Origin: Candidatus Methylomirabilota bacterium | GTDB lineage: Bacteria > Methylomirabilota > Methylomirabilia > Rokubacteriales > CSP1-6 | Assembly: GCA_046726415.1 (NCBI GenBank) | Contig: JBKPAK010000043.1 | Coordinates: forward strand, 1-28,353 | Length of the DNA: 28,353 nt | Direction of reading: 5' to 3' | Shown: positions 25,979 to 28,353 of the stretch, one piece after another | Position numbering within the stretch: position 1 is the stretch's first letter | How the letters are laid out: each line of letters opens with the position of its first letter | The notes under the pieces: model-generated | The model's input: only the letters and a program-made list of their open reading frames with translations | Told to the model about the DNA's origin: nothing | Databases searched by the model: none | Made by a program: the position numbers and the translations under genes

Positions 25979-26467
25979 TCAGGCGCACCATTCCCGCGGG
26001 CCATCGTCGGTGTAGCCGCATTGCTCGCACGGGCTGAAGTAGTGCATCGCCGGCGGCATGGCCACCGCCAACCGCAAGGAGAGCTCGTCGCCCACGTTCC
26101 GGATGTGATGCACCGTCCCCCGGGGCACCCACACGATGTCGTCTTTGACCGCCTTCACGACGATCCCGCCGGTCAGCTCCCATTCCAGGCGTCCACCCAG
26201 GACCACCCACCACTCGTCGAATTCGCGGTGCCAGTGGGGGCGATTGCCGCCTCCGGGCGGGCTGGCGATGAGCGTCACCAGCTGCCGCTCGTCAGCGATG
26301 ATCCGCCTGGACCAGGGGGGCGCGCCCATCTGCCGCGCGACGTTGGCCACGCGCGTATGGAGCACGTTGGGCCACGTGGCGTTCGCCGCGACGGGCGGCG
26401 TCGGCCCGCTGGCCAGCCGCTCGATTGCGATCTTCACCTCTGCCTTGTCATCCACGGTGAACCACAT
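25979..26467 (-). CDS. Cupin domain protein
   Basis: PHWHREFDEWWVVLGG and VPRGTVHHIRN metal-binding motifs, C-terminal CEQC. Start is ATG 26467 or GTG 26455. Confidence 0.85.
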   Translation of the reverse strand: MWFTVDDKAEVKIAIERLASGPTPPVAANATWPNVLHTRVANVARQMGAPPWSRRIIADERQLVTLIASPPGGGNRPHWHREFDEWWVVLGGRLEWELTGGIVVKAVKDDIVWVPRGTVHHIRNVGDELSLRLAVAMPPAMHYFSPCEQCGYTDDGPREWCA

Positions 26468-26534
26468 CCCTCCTGCGCATGAGGCGCCGGGCCAGTGTCG
26501 CACGACAAACGGGGAAGGCGGAACGAGGTGAGAC

Positions 26535-26756
26535 TCAGCCCTTCATCCGCCAGCACGTTGAAGCCTGTGATCGGGCGGTTGAGGCCTTTCAGGGTGAGCT
26601 CGCTGAGTGGCTCGCATTCCGCGAGGTCGTCGATGGTGCCGAGCAGGCGCTGGGAGATAAGGCTCTGGCCCGCCTTCGCCTCCCCGCACAGGTGCGGGGC
26701 GAGGTTGGGACGGTGCCAATGGCGGCGTCGTCTCAGCGCTCCTCGAAGCCGATGGC
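26535..26756 (-). pseudogene. Relic of a class III adenylate/guanylate cyclase C-terminus
   Basis: AIGFEER*DDAAIGTV, then after a frameshift NLAPHLCGEAKAGQSLISQR...ELTLKGLNRPITGFNV. The family pattern is IGFEGRxDYxAIGxVxNLAARLC..A..GQILIS...LKG. In-frame TGA at 26733-26735. Confidence 0.85.
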
Positions 26757-26940
26757 GCGCTTCCACGAAGCGGAGCTGAAGCCTCGGGTTGATTCTTAGG
26801 GAGAGTGACGCTGGGGGTCGGACGACACCGAGGACGATGAGGTGGCGGCGGTTGGCGCGGCACTCGCCGTAGAGACACAAAGGCCCCTCCCGTTCCCGTG
26901 GGGTGAGAGCGGCCGCCTTACTGGAGCTGCCTGCGACCGC

Positions 26941-28263
26941 CTACTCTACCTTATCGGTCGGGTGAGGCCCCTCCTGGTACACGATACTCCCACCGGTGTT
27001 GTTCCTGAACACGTTCTTGCCGCGAGAGAAGTTGAAGAAGAAGGCCGTGGTGCCTGTGGCAAGCTGCACGTCGTTGCCTATCCACCTGCTGGCCTGCGGC
27101 GCCACCGCGATCAGGCCATTCACCGCTCCCCGTAGGGTGTTGTTGACGATCTCGCTCTTCAGCGCGTAGCGCACCTGCGCTGTCGCGTCTGCATCGCTCG
27201 TCAGCTGGCCGTTACCCACCAGCACGTTCCCTCGCACCACCAGGCGATCGAAGGTGAAGGAGCCGCCAGAGAGGACGCGCAGCAGCTCGCCGGTCGGCCC
27301 AGCGGCAGGCAGGGCGAGCACGTAGTTCCCCTCGATGGTGATGTCCCTGAAGATGTTGCCCGTTGGCCGTGCGGGCACGTACGACGTGCCCACCGAGATG
27401 CCCACCTCACCGGCGGTGCGGAAGAGGATGCTGTTGTTGGTCACCCAGATGCGCTGGAAGCTGACGTCGCTGTTGCTTGGGGGGTCGAGGAGCAGTGCGA
27501 TGCCCGAGGTCTCAGGGTCGATGATCGTGTTGCTGTCGATCAGCACGTCCTCCAAGACCGAGCGGTTGTCGACGCTGAAGAGCCCAATGCCTGCCGTCTG
27601 CGTGCCGCGCGTGACGGTGTTCTCTCGCACCTCCAACCTTCGCACGTGGTCGACTTCGAGCTGCAGGTTGGTGATGGCGTTGCGCTGGATCCTGACATCT
27701 TCATGCGGTACGTCTCCACGGCCGAAGACGTACGAGTATCTGTCGATCCCGATGGGCGCCTGCGGGTTACTGTCGGTGAAGGTCGTGTCTCTGATCTCCA
27801 CTCGCTTGGTGCTGAAGAAGACGACGCCACCATAGGTGTTGATCGAGCGGTTGTCGAAGGCCAGGTCTCTGATGAGCAGGTCCCTGACCGACGTGAAGGT
27901 CATCATGGGGTGGTTGTAGTTGCCGGGCAGCCCCGCGCCGCTCCAGCGCATGATGCTGCTCGCACCGTCGCCATCAAACTCAAGGCGCGAGCGGTGGCTG
28001 ATGACGATACCGGCAAAGCGGCACGTACCGGCGGGGAAGTAGAAGCGGGTGTTGTTGGGCGCCCTGTCGATGGCCGCTTGGATGGCTGCGGAATCATCGA
28101 CTGTGCCGTCACACACCGCGCCCTCGGTGCGCATGTTGACCACCGTGCGGTCGTCGATCGGGCGAGCCGCCAACGGGATGGCGGTGGCCACCGCTGCCGA
28201 CAGAGTGAGGCTGACAGCAAGCCACGTGCCTTTCTTACCAAAGCTCGAACGTGCCTTTCTCAA
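26941..28263 (-). CDS. Secreted right-handed parallel beta-helix protein (pectin-lyase-like fold)
   Basis: Signal-like N-terminus, VNMRTEGAVCDGTVDDSAAIQAAID...YFPAG (pectate_lyase_3-type cap), and repeated I.I..N.I beta-helix rungs. The TTG start is uncertain. Confidence 0.8.
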   Translation of the reverse strand: MRKARSSFGKKGTWLAVSLTLSAAVATAIPLAARPIDDRTVVNMRTEGAVCDGTVDDSAAIQAAIDRAPNNTRFYFPAGTCRFAGIVISHRSRLEFDGDGASSIMRWSGAGLPGNYNHPMMTFTSVRDLLIRDLAFDNRSINTYGGVVFFSTKRVEIRDTTFTDSNPQAPIGIDRYSYVFGRGDVPHEDVRIQRNAITNLQLEVDHVRRLEVRENTVTRGTQTAGIGLFSVDNRSVLEDVLIDSNTIIDPETSGIALLLDPPSNSDVSFQRIWVTNNSILFRTAGEVGISVGTSYVPARPTGNIFRDITIEGNYVLALPAAGPTGELLRVLSGGSFTFDRLVVRGNVLVGNGQLTSDADATAQVRYALKSEIVNNTLRGAVNGLIAVAPQASRWIGNDVQLATGTTAFFFNFSRGKNVFRNNTGGSIVYQEGPHPTDKVE

Positions 28264-28353
28264 GAGACCAGCTCTGCGACGACGCGGGGTATAGAGAGAT
28301 GGGTGAAGCCGCGGTCAATGACACAGTAGGACGCTAACCACACGCCCGTCGGG

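Noticed and set aside
26434-26880. 148-aa ORF as an intact gene
   Set aside because: It is a chimera of the frameshifted cyclase relic and unrelated flanking sequence.
28224-28260. 12-bp direct repeat acgtgcctttct with a 25-bp period at the start of the beta-helix gene
   Set aside because: Only two short copies; cannot distinguish an operator or duplication scar from chance.

Overview
High-GC bacterial DNA; the gene style suggests an uncultured soil-type lineage such as Rokubacteria, which I cannot verify from this window. The left third (minus strand) is a type II secretion system operon, gspE-F-G-H-I-J-K-L-M-C, running off the left edge, with gspD/gspO not in the window. Divergent from it is an RpoE-like ECF sigma factor fused in frame to a signal-peptide-like membrane segment and a ~150-aa extracytoplasmic domain, with no adjacent anti-sigma gene. 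The 248-bp gap between them holds two back-to-back, near-identical ECF-type promoter motifs (CCGTGAAT-N17/18-CGTCwAA), one facing the sigma gene and one facing the gsp operon. This is the best candidate for an undescribed system: a self-tethered sigma factor controlling T2SS. GspJ carries its prepilin-peptidase motif three times in tandem. The rest is metabolic/transport: acyl-CoA carboxyltransferase, GTP-PEPCK, cobS-cobC, a peptide ABC transporter plus gamma-glutamyltransferase, a fluoroacetate-dehalogenase-like hydrolase, DUF3047, Hsp15, DUF169, a multiply frameshifted tctCBA operon, a cupin, an adenylate cyclase relic and a secreted beta-helix protein. A REP-like hairpin repeat occurs in several intergenic gaps. 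No rRNA, tRNA, CRISPR or transposase was seen.
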